DNA of 64,000 nucleotides from Alphaproteobacteria bacterium (GTDB lineage Bacteria; Pseudomonadota; Alphaproteobacteria; RF32; CAG-239): NCBI GenBank assembly GCA_017501665.1, contig JAFVWM010000043.1, positions 24,541 to 88,540 of the forward strand, read 5' to 3'. Shown piece by piece: positions 62,300 to 64,000 of this stretch (position 1 is its first letter; each line of letters starts with the position of its first letter). The notes under the pieces were generated by a model. It saw only the letters and a program-made list of their open reading frames with translations, ran no database searches and was not told where the DNA came from. The position numbers and the translations under genes were made by a program.

Positions 62300-63652
62300 A
62301 TGAACATGTCAAATGAAAAGAAAAGCGAATTCTTAACAGATGAATCTGGATGCACATATTGTGTGGTTAATGGGATACGATTAAATAAAGATGATATTAA
62401 AGAAATATCCCCTGATTTGCAAGGAGCCTTTGAAGCTCAAGATGAAGAATTTGGAAAGAAGATGCAACTTTTTTGTTATAAACGCAACAAAGACAACTTA
62501 CATCCAAAGATTGACAGCTCGTTTGAACGTTTTTTTCAAGCGCTTGCAGAATATTACCATAAAAATGAAGAAGAATATAGTAAATCAGAGGAGTATGAAA
62601 AGCTTTATTATCTATTCCATGTTGCAAATGAAGAGTTCATGAATCGATCAAATGCTGACTGGCATAAAAGTGTCAAAGACGGAAATGACATGAAATCAGA
62701 TCGTATACTTTCGAATTTTACGCGCGGATTGTCCAGAGGCTCAGATAATATATTTGAAGTAGAAACTAATAAGTATGAAATTTTTTACTTATCGCAAAAA
62801 TATAACCTTCCGATACATGAAACTCTTTATAGTAAAATACTTGTTGAAGAATTAAGAGAGAATAATCCGTATCCCAATATTGAACTGATTACAAAAATTA
62901 CTGATAGTTTATCCTCATCCAAAGAGATTATTTCAATGCATTCGACTAAACATCTTTTTGATCGTATGTTTGACAGAGAAGAAACTATACCTTTTACCAA
63001 AGCGATGTTTGACAGAGCAGGAAGAGGATTTTTAGACGGGCAAGGTGATGAGGATAATTTTATGGAAATTTTATATTGCTATATTAAAAATAAACATAAA
63101 ATGACCGCACAAGGGATAAAAACAGAAGATATTTCAAGCTTTCAACACGAAGAAATACAAAATATACTTCAAATGAACGAGCTTAGAGAAAATTTACGCA
63201 AAGATAAATCCGCAATTCGCGTTAGCGGAAATTTTGTTGATGTTGACGGAACTTTAATAAAAAGCGGAAAGTTAAATACCGAACTGTATAATAGTATGCT
63301 TGAAGCTAAAAAAGAAGGTAAACCATTGTGTATAATTAGTGGTGAAAATATTGAAATTCAAAAGAACAGACTAAAATTTTTGGGTGTAGACACATCTTTA
63401 TTTGAATTTGCTGAAAAAAGTAAGCTTAAAGGGTGTATAATTTATGGTGAAGTTGTTGATGATGCGCCACCATACATTAATGGCTTTTGCACATTTAGTG
63501 ATGACGGATGGCAAAAACCTGATAAATCAAAATACTTTTTTACTAAATATAACGACCCTAAATTAGTATCTATAAAACAGCTAGATGAATATAGAAAAAA
63601 TATGAGTCTCATAAATCAAACTATCAAAAACAATACAGGAAGAAACGGCTAA
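62300..63652 (+). CDS. Hypothetical 450-aa protein with a C-terminal HAD-like phosphatase domain. The N-terminal ~300 aa are of unknown family.
   Basis: DVDGTL (HAD motif I). GEVVDD (motif IV). Own promoter and RBS. Confidence 0.55.
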   Translation: MNMSNEKKSEFLTDESGCTYCVVNGIRLNKDDIKEISPDLQGAFEAQDEEFGKKMQLFCYKRNKDNLHPKIDSSFERFFQALAEYYHKNEEEYSKSEEYEKLYYLFHVANEEFMNRSNADWHKSVKDGNDMKSDRILSNFTRGLSRGSDNIFEVETNKYEIFYLSQKYNLPIHETLYSKILVEELRENNPYPNIELITKITDSLSSSKEIISMHSTKHLFDRMFDREETIPFTKAMFDRAGRGFLDGQGDEDNFMEILYCYIKNKHKMTAQGIKTEDISSFQHEEIQNILQMNELRENLRKDKSAIRVSGNFVDVDGTLIKSGKLNTELYNSMLEAKKEGKPLCIISGENIEIQKNRLKFLGVDTSLFEFAEKSKLKGCIIYGEVVDDAPPYINGFCTFSDDGWQKPDKSKYFFTKYNDPKLVSIKQLDEYRKNMSLINQTIKNNTGRNG

Positions 63653-63851
63653 GATATTGTTTGTTTTGATAAGTTTAATAAACAGGTTAACAATGTAAAG
63701 ATGTTAGCCTGTTTCATTTTTTGCATATTTTGTTTTTTATTAAATCTCTCGTATTTTATTATGTTTTGATAAAATTAACTTAAAAAACTTGCACTAATTG
63801 TTAAAATAAAATAACTTGACCAAGATACTCATTTTTTTACAAAGAAAAGAT

Positions 63852-64000
63852 ATGATTCGAAAAACACGAAGACAGAGTAAATATTTTGCCCCGCAGAATG
63901 ACAACACCAAACATATCTGCGATCACCCCGGTTGTAATAAAGCCGGAGAATATCGCGCACCAAAAGACAGAAAATTAAAAGAATATTATTGGTTTTGTTT
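63852..64000 (+). CDS. Partial CDS, truncated by the window end. Putative zinc-ribbon protein (CDHPGC...YWFC).
   Basis: ATG at 63852. The ORF runs to the window edge. Confidence 0.35.
   Translation, partial: MIRKTRRQSKYFAPQNDNTKHICDHPGCNKAGEYRAPKDRKLKEYYWFC

Overview
The window is a 64 kb, very AT-rich chromosomal segment (roughly 30% GC by eye) that reads like an obligate-intracellular alphaproteobacterium of the Rickettsiales or Holosporales type. Most of it is core housekeeping genes in recognisable alphaproteobacterial synteny. The conserved blocks are: coaE-dnaQ; rho; mnmE-mnmG-[HD+PHP insert]-rsmG-parA-parB; tsaE with a short hprK; mlaE-mlaF; radA-cvpA; rppH, a YibQ-like gene, ctpA, an envC-like M23 peptidase and gpmI; a class-A PBP; polA; gyrB; a porin plus an atypical OmpR-like regulator; rlmN; cca; tRNA-Ala; parE; rpsB-tsf; xth; lolA; a ccrM-like methyltransferase; ptsH plus an EIIA(Man) gene; an MsbA-like ABC exporter; a 1012-aa autotransporter; recF-dnaN-dnaA; rpsT; an enoyl-CoA hydratase; and mutM. 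I saw no rRNA, CRISPR array, IS element or transposase.

The parts that do not look core, in order of interest:
- A 2.2 kb gene for a 733-aa effector-like protein sits between polA and gyrB. It is bracketed by a ~128-bp direct duplication of the gyrB promoter and first codons, which marks an insertion.
- Two genes, an HD hydrolase (YqeK-like) and a PHP phosphoesterase, are wedged into the normally invariant mnmG-rsmG junction and are translationally coupled to mnmG.
- An orphan 402-aa protein with an internal repeat lies behind a structured leader.
- A 450-aa protein with a C-terminal HAD-like domain has its own strong promoter.
- An unannotated 54-aa Ser-rich peptide ends in GCGCGGY.
- GANTC (CcrM-site) motifs are strikingly dense upstream of the autotransporter and of dnaA, and a CcrM-like methyltransferase is encoded in the same window.
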